Source: Oscillibacter sp. (GTDB lineage Bacteria; Bacillota; Clostridia; Oscillospirales; Oscillospiraceae). From it: 64,000 bases of DNA. The position numbers and the translations under genes are program-made. Positions 39,711-48,343 of this stretch are shown one piece after another. Location of the stretch: assembly GCA_022791135.1 (NCBI GenBank), contig JAAVYM010000020.1, positions 9,038 to 73,037 on the forward strand. The letters are read 5' to 3'. The notes beneath the pieces are model-generated. The model was given only the letters and a program-made list of their open reading frames with translations, did not search any database and was not told the DNA's origin. Positions within the stretch are counted from its first letter, which is position 1. Each line of letters opens with the position of its first letter.

Positions 39711-39909
39711 GGTTCATCCCCTCTGCTCCGGCCAGGACCGGGTCTTTGGTCTCCGTATCCTCCAGCAAGGGGAGGAGCAGGACGAGGAACTCATGGTCCT
39801 GCCCTGCATATCAACCGACTTCGCTTTCACTCTCCGCCTGGCCAGCCTTTTCACCCGCAAACAGATAAGTCCTCTCCGCCTCCTCAACCTTCTTGATGAT
39901 ATTCTCTGA
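39682..39909 (+). CDS. Small protein, DUF6514-like
   Basis: GGAGGTGG RBS; ISTD..LA.LF.R.QISPL.L..LLDDIL pattern. Confidence 0.65.
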   Translation: MLLYLPIENEVHPLCSGQDRVFGLRILQQGEEQDEELMVLPCISTDFAFTLRLASLFTRKQISPLRLLNLLDDIL

Positions 39910-40074
39910 TGAGCCCTCTGGCCCATGGACGCAGGGCGGGTTTCAAAGCCCTCTAAACCCGTCGGATTCCGGCGGCCCTGCTGACTGCCCTGCTGTCTTC
40001 CGCGTGGATGAGGGTGCGTTTTTTAATCTTTCCTGAAAAATGGAATGGGCAGTTACCCAAATCGGATAACTGCC

Positions 40075-40666
40075 CTGCGCTTCTACAATTTCAATGTTCA
40101 TCTTGGTCAAAAGGCTTCTGACCGCCCGATGTACCTGGGGCTTATGACGGTAGCCGCAAGAATCATGAATGGAAACCCTTAATCCGCTGTGATCCGGCAA
40201 TGCGAAATCCGGGATACTATCGATGACTTCCCAGTAAGAGATCGTGCGGATGCCTTCATACAGCGAGCAAAACCGCCGACCGCATCCCGCACAGTTATTA
40301 ATAATTGTTGAGCCGGGTTCAAGGCCGGGTCATGCCGGCAGCAGATATTATGAAACTTCACGCTGCCCAAGTGAGCCTGCAACAGTTTCAGCATTTTCTC
40401 CGGCACATCGGGCTTATACAGGCTCAAAGCACATCCGGGATTGAAATAACACTTATCCATATTTATTTCGTTTTGCGATATGCTTTCCCTGATATATGGC
40501 GAGGGGTGTATTGCGCCCGTTGAACACAACGTAGAGCAGGTCCCGCAGTCGATGCAGGAAGATGGATCGATTCGGTATTGAGTATCGCTCTGCCCAATGG
40601 CCTGAACCGGACAGCCTGATGCACAGGTACCGCACATGATGCAGACGCCGGAAATTTCATAGCCAT
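40075..40666 (-). pseudogene. 4Fe-4S ferredoxin/cysteine-rich (Fe-S)-binding protein pseudogene
   Basis: CxxCxxCxxxC repeats, YFNPGC, NNCAGC, IHDSC spread over frames; frameshifts near 40660 and 40330; truncated after IVEA. Confidence 0.75.
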
Positions 40667-40820
40667 TAGCAAAAAGGCAAAAGGGAGAGCATGCATTGCC
40701 GCTTGACTTTGAAGAGGGGCTGGCTTATAATTGTTTAAATTAAATTTAGAAACCAGGCCCAAGGGAAGTCTGGGCCCGGCAGGGGGAACTCCCCCCAATC
40801 TACAGACAGGAGTGTTCGCT

Positions 40821-41897
40821 ATGCTGGATATCAAGATCACCAAAACCACCGCCCCCAAGGCCAAGCCCGCCGACGAGTCGAAGCTGGGCTTCGGCAAAGT
40901 CTTTACGGACCACATGTTTCTGATGGATTACACCGAGGGAGAGGGCTGGCATGATCCCCGGATCGTCCCCTACGCTCCCTTCCAGATGGACCCCGCCACC
41001 GTCGTGCTCCACTATGCCCAGGAGCTGTTCGAGGGCATGAAAGCCTACCGCAGCGCCGGCAACACCATCCAGCTCTTCCGCCCCGACTGCAACGCCCAGC
41101 GGATGCAGGACTCCTCCGAGCGGATGTGCGTCCCTCTGATCCCGACGGAGGACTTTATCCAGGCTGTGAAGGCCCTGGTGGAAGTGGAGAAGGATTGGGT
41201 GCCGCACAGCGAGGGCACCACCCTCTACATCCGTCCCTTTGTTTTCGCCACGGACGTGGGCCTGGGCGTCCACGCCAGCAAGCACTATACCTTCTGCATC
41301 ATCACCGCTCCCTCCGGCGCCTACTACGCCGAGGGCATCGACCCGGTGCGCATCTATGTGGAGGACGAGTACGTCCGCGCCGCCCCCGGCCTCACCGGCT
41401 TCACCAAGTGCGGCGGCAACTACGCCGCGTCCATCAAGGCCGGCGAGGCGGCCGAGCAGAGGGGCTTCGCCCAGGTGCTGTGGCTGGACGGCGTGGAGCC
41501 GAACTATGTCGAGGAAGTCGGCAGCATGAACATCATGTTCAAGATCGGCGGCAAGATCTACACCGCCGCCTGCACGGGAACCGTCCTCCCCGGCGTCACC
41601 CGCCGCAGCTGCATTGAGCTGCTCAAGGACTGGGGCTATGAGGTGGTGGAAGGCCCCCTGGACATCGCCGACGTGATGAAGGCCGGCCACGAGGGCAAGC
41701 TGGAAGAGGTCTTCGGCACCGGCACCGCCGCCGTCATCTCCCCTGTGAAGGAGCTGGACTGGAAAGGCGACAAGGTCTTCATTCACGACGGCAAGATCGG
41801 CCCCGTCACCCAGAAGCTCTATGACACCATGACCGGCATGCAGTGGGGCAAGCTTCCCGACACAAAGGGCTGGATCGTCCCCGTCTGCAAGGGTTAA
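40821..41897 (+). CDS. ilvE: Branched-chain amino acid aminotransferase
   Basis: LGFGKVFTDHM, LHYAQELFEGMKAY, KCGGNYA, EEVGSMN, LPGVTR. Confidence 0.96.
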   Translation: MLDIKITKTTAPKAKPADESKLGFGKVFTDHMFLMDYTEGEGWHDPRIVPYAPFQMDPATVVLHYAQELFEGMKAYRSAGNTIQLFRPDCNAQRMQDSSERMCVPLIPTEDFIQAVKALVEVEKDWVPHSEGTTLYIRPFVFATDVGLGVHASKHYTFCIITAPSGAYYAEGIDPVRIYVEDEYVRAAPGLTGFTKCGGNYAASIKAGEAAEQRGFAQVLWLDGVEPNYVEEVGSMNIMFKIGGKIYTAACTGTVLPGVTRRSCIELLKDWGYEVVEGPLDIADVMKAGHEGKLEEVFGTGTAAVISPVKELDWKGDKVFIHDGKIGPVTQKLYDTMTGMQWGKLPDTKGWIVPVCKG

Positions 41898-42014
41898 ATC
41901 ATCGAAACGGGAGTCCGGTCCCGGAGGACCGGACGCTCCCCGGCAGGTTGCCCCGGGAGGCGGAAGGACATTCCGCCTCCCGTTTTGTCCATACGAAAGC
42001 ATGGGAGGAACGAT

Positions 42015-42290
42015 ATGGCGGAACTGACATCTATGCGGAACATCGGCCGGGAGATGGCCCGGAAGCTAACGGCCGCCGGCATCGATACACCGGAAAAGCT
42101 GCTCCAAGCGGGGGCCAAGCAGGCGTTTTTTCAACTGGCCACCCTCTATCCCAACGTCTGTCTGGTCCATCTCTATGCCCTGGAAGGCGCGGTCCGGGAC
42201 GTGGATCTCAACAGCCTTCCCGAGGGGACCAAGGAGGATTTGCGGGAATTCAACGGCGCCCTGCGGGGGAAAAGGGGGAGTGCGCCTTGA
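42015..42290 (+). CDS. TfoX/Sxy C-terminal domain protein
   Basis: L.SMRNIG..L..AGI.TPE.L..LYALEGA. Confidence 0.85.
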   Translation: MAELTSMRNIGREMARKLTAAGIDTPEKLLQAGAKQAFFQLATLYPNVCLVHLYALEGAVRDVDLNSLPEGTKEDLREFNGALRGKRGSAP

Positions 42291-43081
42291 CGGCCCTGCA
42301 CACATTCGCCAGCGGCTCCTCCGGAAATGCGATGCTGCTCTCCTGGGAGGGCGGGCACGTCCTGGTGGACGCGGGCATCTCCTGCCGCCGTATCCGCCAG
42401 GGCCTCCAGTCCCTGGGCCTGGACCTTTCAGAGCTGGACGCCATTTGCGTCACCCATACCCACAGCGACCACATCTCCGGCCTTCAGACCTTACTGAAGC
42501 ACACAGACTGCCCGGTTTACGCCGCCGCCCCGGCGGGCCGGGACCTGCTCCGCCGCATGGTCCTGCTGGAGGGCCGCCTGCGGGAGGCGGAGGACGGCTT
42601 CTTTATCAAGGACTGCGCCGTCCGGGCCTTCCCCACCTCCCACGACGCCCCCGGCTCCTGTGGCTACCGCTTTGACACCCCCGATGGCGGCGTGGGGGTG
42701 CTGACGGACAGCGGCGTGGTGACGGCGGAGGCAGAGGCGGTCCTCCCCGGCGTCGGCCTAGCCGTGCTGGAGGCCAACCACGATGTGGAAGCCCTTCGAA
42801 GCGGGCCGTACCCCTATTATTTGAAGGAGCGAATCCTGGGGCCGGCGGGCCACCTGCGCAACGAGGACGCCGCCGCCTTTGCCGTGACGCTGGCGGAGGC
42901 GGGGGCGAAGGAGATCGTCCTGGCCCACCTGAGCCGGGAGAACAACACCCCCGCCATGGCCCTGCAGGCGGCGGAGGCGGCGCTATGCGCCGCCGGGCTG
43001 GCCCCCCGCCTCTCCGTCGCCCCCAGGGACCGCCTCAGCGGGGCCTACGTATTGGCGGGAGGCGCGGTATGCAGCGGATAA
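42287..43081 (+). CDS. MBL-fold metallohydrolase (YycJ/WalJ-like)
   Basis: ASGSSGN, THTHSDH, EANHD..GPYP, LAHLSRENN; TTG start. Confidence 0.88.
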   Translation: MTALHTFASGSSGNAMLLSWEGGHVLVDAGISCRRIRQGLQSLGLDLSELDAICVTHTHSDHISGLQTLLKHTDCPVYAAAPAGRDLLRRMVLLEGRLREAEDGFFIKDCAVRAFPTSHDAPGSCGYRFDTPDGGVGVLTDSGVVTAEAEAVLPGVGLAVLEANHDVEALRSGPYPYYLKERILGPAGHLRNEDAAAFAVTLAEAGAKEIVLAHLSRENNTPAMALQAAEAALCAAGLAPRLSVAPRDRLSGAYVLAGGAVCSG

Positions 43082-43551
43082 CTCTTCTTTGTGTCGGGAA
43101 GCTGAAGGAGCGGTTTTACGCCGAGGCGGCGGCGGAGTACGCCAAGCGCCTGGGGCGGTATTGCCGGCTGGACCTGGTGGAACTGCCGGAGGAACGGCTG
43201 CCGGAGGCCCCCTCCCCGGCCCAGGTCGGCGCCGCCCTGGCGAGGGAGGCGGAGGCCATCCGGGGGAAGCTCCCCCCATCCTCCAGCCTGATCGCCCTTT
43301 GCGTAGAGGGCCGGGAGCGCTCCAGCGAGGAGCTGGCCCGGCTGCTGGCCGGCTGGGCCGGGCAGGGGGAGAGCCGGCTGGTGTTCCTCCTCGGCGGGTC
43401 CCACGGGCTTCATGCCTCCATCAAGGCCCAGGCCCGGGAGAAGCTGTCCATGTCCCCCATGACCTTTCCCCATCACCTGGCCCGGGTGATGCTGCTGGAG
43501 CAGATTTACCGGGCCTATCAGATCAACGCGGGGACGAAATACCATAAGTGA
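43069..43551 (+). CDS. rlmH: 23S rRNA pseudouridine1915 N3-methyltransferase
   Basis: VGKLKE, GGSHGL, MTFPHHLARVMLLEQIYRA..YHK. Confidence 0.96.
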   Translation: MQRITLLCVGKLKERFYAEAAAEYAKRLGRYCRLDLVELPEERLPEAPSPAQVGAALAREAEAIRGKLPPSSSLIALCVEGRERSSEELARLLAGWAGQGESRLVFLLGGSHGLHASIKAQAREKLSMSPMTFPHHLARVMLLEQIYRAYQINAGTKYHK

Positions 43552-43743
43552 AGGAACATGGCCGGTGGGGCCAGGAATCTCTTGAGCAGAACGCAGAAAG
43601 GAGGCCGGAAAGGCGGCAATACGGGGCATGGCGGCGGCCGTGCCTTCGATTTTACGAAAAGGGCCGTGTAACGCTAACACCGCCGGCGCTGGCGAAAGGG
43701 AAGCCCCGGCCCCCTTTCGCTGCGCCGGCAGCAAAATCAAAAG

Positions 43744-43856
43744 GCAGAGATAAAAACACAACGTAAGGACTCGTATTCTTGCAGAGCCGGTAGGTAGTCC
43801 GGCCGCACCGTTTCGGTGTAAGTAACCCTCCCTCCTTGGGTCGTCCGTTCTCTGCT
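43744..43856 (+). ncRNA. yjdF (azaaromatic) riboswitch
   Basis: AAAAACAC..CGGTAGGTAGTCCGG..AGTAACCCTCCCTCCTTGGG..GTCC enclosed by a GCAGAGA/TCTCTGC stem, upstream of yjdF. Confidence 0.9.
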
Positions 43857-43885
43857 GCGTGCAATCATTTAAGGAGGGAATCGCC

Positions 43886-44302
43886 ATGGACAAAGCGTCG
43901 AGCAGGCTGACCGTATGGTTTGAAGAGCCGTTTTGGATAGGCGTCTTTGAACGAATATCGGATGGGAAGCTGTCTTCGTGCAGCATTACATTCGGCGCAG
44001 AACCCAAGGACTTTGCGATTTACGAATTCATCTTGAAACATTACGACCACCTGCGCTTCAGCCCGGCGGTAGCGGCGGATGGGGAAAAAAATTGCCGCAA
44101 TCCGAAGCGGATCCGGCACGAGGCGCGAAAGCAAGTACAGGAAAGAGGGACCGGCACCAAATCGCAGCAGGCTTTGAAATTGCAGCAGGAGCAGCGGAAG
44201 GCAGAGCGGAAAACCGTGAGCCGGGAGCGGCGGGAGGCAGAAAAGCAGCGCCGGTTTGAACAAAAGCGGCAGAAAAGGAAGGAAAAGCATCGAGGCAGGT
44301 AG
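43886..44302 (+). CDS. yjdF: YjdF family protein (DUF2992)
   Basis: LTVWFEEPFWIGVFER, FGAEPKD, NPKR, TKSQQALK, KEKHRGR. Confidence 0.92.
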   Translation: MDKASSRLTVWFEEPFWIGVFERISDGKLSSCSITFGAEPKDFAIYEFILKHYDHLRFSPAVAADGEKNCRNPKRIRHEARKQVQERGTGTKSQQALKLQQEQRKAERKTVSRERREAEKQRRFEQKRQKRKEKHRGR

Positions 44303-44416
44303 GCTCCGCCGTTTCCGGGCGCGGCGATGCGGAAAACCCGGCGGGCCGGTTTTCGCCCATTTGCCAGGAGGCCCGGGACAGCCAAGGACCCCGCTGTACG
44401 GCGGGGTCCTTGGCGT

Positions 44417-46156
44417 TTATTTTGCCCGCAGGCGCTTCACCGTCTCCTCCTCCGGCGTGACGTGAAGGGTCCGGTGGGCCGTGTAGATCACCATGCCAGG
44501 GCGGCTCCCGGCGGGCTTTTTGACGTTGCGGGCCTCCGTGTAATCCACGGGGACGTTACCACTCTCCCGGGCCTGGGAAAACCAGGCCGCCAGCATCGCC
44601 GCCTCGGCCACGTCCTCTGGGCCGGGCGCCTGGCCGGCACAACGGAGGATGACATGGGAGCCGTGGATCTTCTGGGTGTGGAACCAGAGGTCCCGGCGGT
44701 CCGCCTCCTTCAGGGTCAGCTGGTCGTTTTGGCGGTTGTTCCGGCCCACCTGGACCCGAAGGCCGGACGTGGTGCGGAACTCCCGGGGGGCGGCGGCGCG
44801 GGTCTTCTCCTTTTTGCTCCTGCCCTGCTTTTTGAGGAAGCCCCCCTCCCGCAGCTCGGCGCGAATGTCCAGGAAATCCTGCTCCGTCTCGGCCTGCCGG
44901 ATCTCTTCCAGGACGCTTTCCAGGTACTCCAAGTCCCGCCGGGCCAGGGCCATCTGCTCCCGGAGGTACCTCTCGGCGGTCTTGGCCTTGGTGTAGCGCT
45001 TGTAGTACTTGGCGGCGTTTTGCTGGGGGGTCAGCAGGGGGTCCAGGGGAATGTGGACCGGGGCGTTGTCCTCGTAGTAATTCTCGCACTCCAGCCGGGC
45101 CTGGCCCCGCTCCATGCGGTAGAGGTTTGCGGTGATCAGATCTCCCTGGATGCGGAGCTTGTCCCGGTCCTGAGTCTCGGCGTATTCCTTTTCCTGGAGG
45201 GCCAGCTTCCGGCGGAGGCGGTCCCTGGCCGTGGACGCCGCCCGGAGCAGGTCCGCCCCACGCTGGCGGGTCCGCTCCTGCCGCTCCCGGGCCTCGTAAA
45301 AGGCGTCCAGCAGGGCTGAGAAGCTGTCATAGGCCACCGCCTCCACGGCGGGACCGTACTGCCCCACGGGGACGCAGGCAAAGTCCATAGGCTGGCCGCC
45401 GCGCAGCAGGCAGACGGGGGTGAAGCGGTTTTCCCGGACCCGGTCCAAAAAACCCTCCATCGCCCGCCACAAGGGGGCGGGCGACGCCAGCTGGAACACC
45501 CGGGCATCGGAGCTTCCCGCCGCCTGAAAGGCCAGCTCCCGGGCCATCAGGGGGGAGAGGCCAAAGTATTGGTCCAGCAAGAAGGCATCCAGGGCCTTTT
45601 CCGGCGGTGCGGAGGCAAAGCGGGCGGACAAGCCCTCTTCCGTCTCCTCTGTCACCGGAAGCCGCCCGGCGGAGGCGGGAGGCTGGTAGAAAAGCCCCGG
45701 CAGGACCTGGCGCTGGGCGGACATGTCTGCATCCACCCGGCGCAGGCTGTCGATCACCCGGCCCTCCCCGTCCAGGAGGATCAGGTTGCTCCGCCGGCCC
45801 ATGGCCTCCAGCACCAGCGTCCGCCGGCCGGCCCGGCCCAGCTCATCGGAGGCGTCGAATTCCATGCGGACCAGCCGCTCCAGGGGAGGCTGGCTCAGCT
45901 TCGCCAGCCTGGCCCCCGCCAGGTGCTTGCGCAGCAGCATGCAGAACATCGGCGGCTCCGCCGGGTTGTCCCGGGAAATCTCCGTCAGCTGCAAACGGGG
46001 CGCCCCCGCCCCGGCATTCAGCAGCAGCCGCCGCCCCCGGAAGAGGAGGACCACCTGGTCCCTGGCGGGCTGCTGAACCTTGTCCACCCGCAGCCCCACA
46101 AGCTGAGGCCGCAGCTCCGCCACCACGGCGGCCAGGCAGATCGCGTCAATGGCCAT
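44417..46156 (-). CDS. rqcH: Ribosome quality control NFACT protein (RqcH/FbpA)
   Basis: PPMFCMLLRKHL, NAAKYYKRY.K.K, VGRNNRQND, WFHTQKIHGSHV. Confidence 0.93.
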   Translation of the reverse strand: MAIDAICLAAVVAELRPQLVGLRVDKVQQPARDQVVLLFRGRRLLLNAGAGAPRLQLTEISRDNPAEPPMFCMLLRKHLAGARLAKLSQPPLERLVRMEFDASDELGRAGRRTLVLEAMGRRSNLILLDGEGRVIDSLRRVDADMSAQRQVLPGLFYQPPASAGRLPVTEETEEGLSARFASAPPEKALDAFLLDQYFGLSPLMARELAFQAAGSSDARVFQLASPAPLWRAMEGFLDRVRENRFTPVCLLRGGQPMDFACVPVGQYGPAVEAVAYDSFSALLDAFYEARERQERTRQRGADLLRAASTARDRLRRKLALQEKEYAETQDRDKLRIQGDLITANLYRMERGQARLECENYYEDNAPVHIPLDPLLTPQQNAAKYYKRYTKAKTAERYLREQMALARRDLEYLESVLEEIRQAETEQDFLDIRAELREGGFLKKQGRSKKEKTRAAAPREFRTTSGLRVQVGRNNRQNDQLTLKEADRRDLWFHTQKIHGSHVILRCAGQAPGPEDVAEAAMLAAWFSQARESGNVPVDYTEARNVKKPAGSRPGMVIYTAHRTLHVTPEEETVKRLRAK

Positions 46157-46562
46157 CGTCTTCACCCTCCATCATCGCACAGAACAGCTCGTTGATCCGC
46201 TCCAGGTTTCCCCGGAGGTACAACCAGCCCAGCAGGGCCTCCAGGGCCGTAGCCTCGCCGTACTGGGCGCGGCTGGCGTGATGGGGAACGGTGTGGACCT
46301 GGGCATTCCGTCCCCGGCGGAAGACCGCCCGCTCCTCCTCCGCCAGCAGGGGGAGGATCTTCTCCGCCTTCTCCGCCTGGGACTCCGCGCACACCAGCCG
46401 GACCGCGGCGCGGTGCATCCCCCGGCCGGTGGCCCCGCCGTGGGCGCAGAGCCAGGCGCGGACCAACAGCTCAAACACCGCGTCCCCCATGTGGGCAAGG
46501 CCGATGGAGCTGATCTCCAGAATATGCTCCCGAGGCAGCTCGGGGCGAAAATAGTTTTCCAT
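46146..46562 (-). CDS. mrnC: Mini-ribonuclease III
   Basis: LAHMGDAVFEL, RRGRNA, ATALEALLGWLYL; no dsRBD. Confidence 0.92.
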   Translation of the reverse strand: MENYFRPELPREHILEISSIGLAHMGDAVFELLVRAWLCAHGGATGRGMHRAAVRLVCAESQAEKAEKILPLLAEEERAVFRRGRNAQVHTVPHHASRAQYGEATALEALLGWLYLRGNLERINELFCAMMEGEDDGH

Positions 46563-46670
46563 TGCGTGCTCCTTTTTTCACTTCCTGTGCCGTTCGCAGC
46601 GCGGCAAACGGCATGCGCCCGACTGCGAAAGAGGCGGCCGTTTCCGAAGGCTCCGTTTTTGTCCTTGCCT

Positions 46671-47543
46671 TTACGCTTCTCCTCCCGCGCCGCCGTTTTG
46701 AAGGGCCTCCGCCAGCCGGGCAAAGTCCGCCAGGGTCAGCTTCTCCCCCCGAACGGAGGGGGGCAGGCCGCAGGCTTCCGCCGCCGCCTGAATCTCCTCC
46801 CGGCTCCGCCCCGGCAGGGCCGCCGCCAGGCTGTTGGCCAGGGTCTTCCGCCGCAGCAGGAAGGCCCCCCGGACCACCTGAAAGAAAAAATCCTCATCCG
46901 CCGCCTCCACGGCGGGACTCGCCCGCCGGACGCAGCGGAGGACGGCGGAGTTCACCTTTGGGGCGGGATAAAACTTCTCCGCCGGAACCTCGAAAAGCAG
47001 CTCCGTCTCCATCCGGTATTGGAGCCACAGCGCGAAGGCGCCGCCCTCCGAAGACCCCTGGGGAGCCGCCAGGCGATGGGCCACCTCTTTTTGCAGCAGG
47101 ACGGTGACGCCGGCAAAGCAGGACGCCTCCGCCAGCTTGGTCAGCACCGGCGTGGTGATGTTATAGGGCAAATTGGCGCAGACCACCGGCCGCAGTCCGG
47201 CGAACTTCTCCGCCGCCAGGGCCGGGAGGTCCAGCTTCATCACGTCCCCGGGGATGATCTCCACGTTGTCATAGGGTTCCAGCGTCTCCGCCAGCACCGG
47301 CAGCAGCCTCCGGTCCAGCTCCACAGATACCACCTTCCCGGCCCGCCTGGCCAGTTCCGCCGTCAGGCAGCCTACGCCCGGGCCGATTTCCAGCACACCG
47401 CAGCTCCGGTCCGCCTGGGAGGCGGCGGCGATGTCCGCCGGAATTTGGGGGTCGATGAGAAAGTTTTGCCCCATGGATTTGGAGAAGTGGAACCCATGCC
47501 GCCCCAGCAGGGCGCGGAGGGTCTCCCGGTCGCAGAGATTCAT
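46671..47543 (-). CDS. rsmA: 16S rRNA m6,2A dimethyltransferase
   Basis: GQNFLID, LEIGPG, ANLPYNITTP, P.PKVNSAV. Confidence 0.96.
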   Translation of the reverse strand: MNLCDRETLRALLGRHGFHFSKSMGQNFLIDPQIPADIAAASQADRSCGVLEIGPGVGCLTAELARRAGKVVSVELDRRLLPVLAETLEPYDNVEIIPGDVMKLDLPALAAEKFAGLRPVVCANLPYNITTPVLTKLAEASCFAGVTVLLQKEVAHRLAAPQGSSEGGAFALWLQYRMETELLFEVPAEKFYPAPKVNSAVLRCVRRASPAVEAADEDFFFQVVRGAFLLRRKTLANSLAAALPGRSREEIQAAAEACGLPPSVRGEKLTLADFARLAEALQNGGAGGEA

Positions 47544-47678
47544 GGCCTGTCCGCCTTTCCCGTGTGATTTCCAAGGGCAGTATATCAGAAAACCGCCGCT
47601 GAGGAAAGGGGGAAAATGGCCGGGCTTGCAATTTCTGCGGAGTTTGGTATACTGTTCCTGTCAGAAAGGAGGGACTCC

Positions 47679-48299
47679 ATGACCCAGATCATTGACCGGG
47701 CCTCCTGGCCCCGGCGGGAGCTGTTCGACTTTTTCTCTTCCATGTCCCAGCCCTTTTTCAGCATCACCTTCCGGCAGGATGTGACCCGCCTCTACCAGTT
47801 TGCCCGGGAGCACCAGGTCTCCTTTTACTATGCCCTGGTCTGCCTCTGCACCCAGGCCGTGAACCAGGTGGAGGCGTTCCGTTACGCCCTGCGGGGGGAG
47901 GACCTGATCCTCTTCGACCGCCGCAGCCCCAGCTTTACGGACCTCCGCCCCGGCGCGGAGCAGTTCCATATCGTCACCATGCCCTGCGAGGGGAGCGTGG
48001 AGGAGTTCTGCCGGGCCGCCCGGGCCAAGAGCCTGGCCCAAACCGCCTTTTTGGACCAGGCGGACAGCCTGGACCTGATCTATTTCACCTGCCTCCCCTG
48101 GGTGGAGCTGACGGCCCTGACCAACGAGCGCCAATTCGACCCCGACGACGCCGTCCCCCGCATCGCCTGGGGGAAGTACGCGGAGGAAGGCGGGCGAAAG
48201 GTCCTCCATATCTCCTTAGAGCTGAACCACCGCTTTGTGGACGGGCTTCACGTGGGCCGCTTCCACGAGGCGCTGTGCGCCCGGATGGAGGAGCTTTAG
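47679..48299 (+). CDS. CatA-like O-acetyltransferase
   Basis: W.RRELF.FF, TCLPW, HRFVDG (HxxxDG) motif. Confidence 0.85.
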   Translation: MTQIIDRASWPRRELFDFFSSMSQPFFSITFRQDVTRLYQFAREHQVSFYYALVCLCTQAVNQVEAFRYALRGEDLILFDRRSPSFTDLRPGAEQFHIVTMPCEGSVEEFCRAARAKSLAQTAFLDQADSLDLIYFTCLPWVELTALTNERQFDPDDAVPRIAWGKYAEEGGRKVLHISLELNHRFVDGLHVGRFHEALCARMEEL

Positions 48300-48343
48300 G
48301 GTCCTGCCCGGGCCGCATTTTGAGAACGGAAGAAAGGCAAGCT

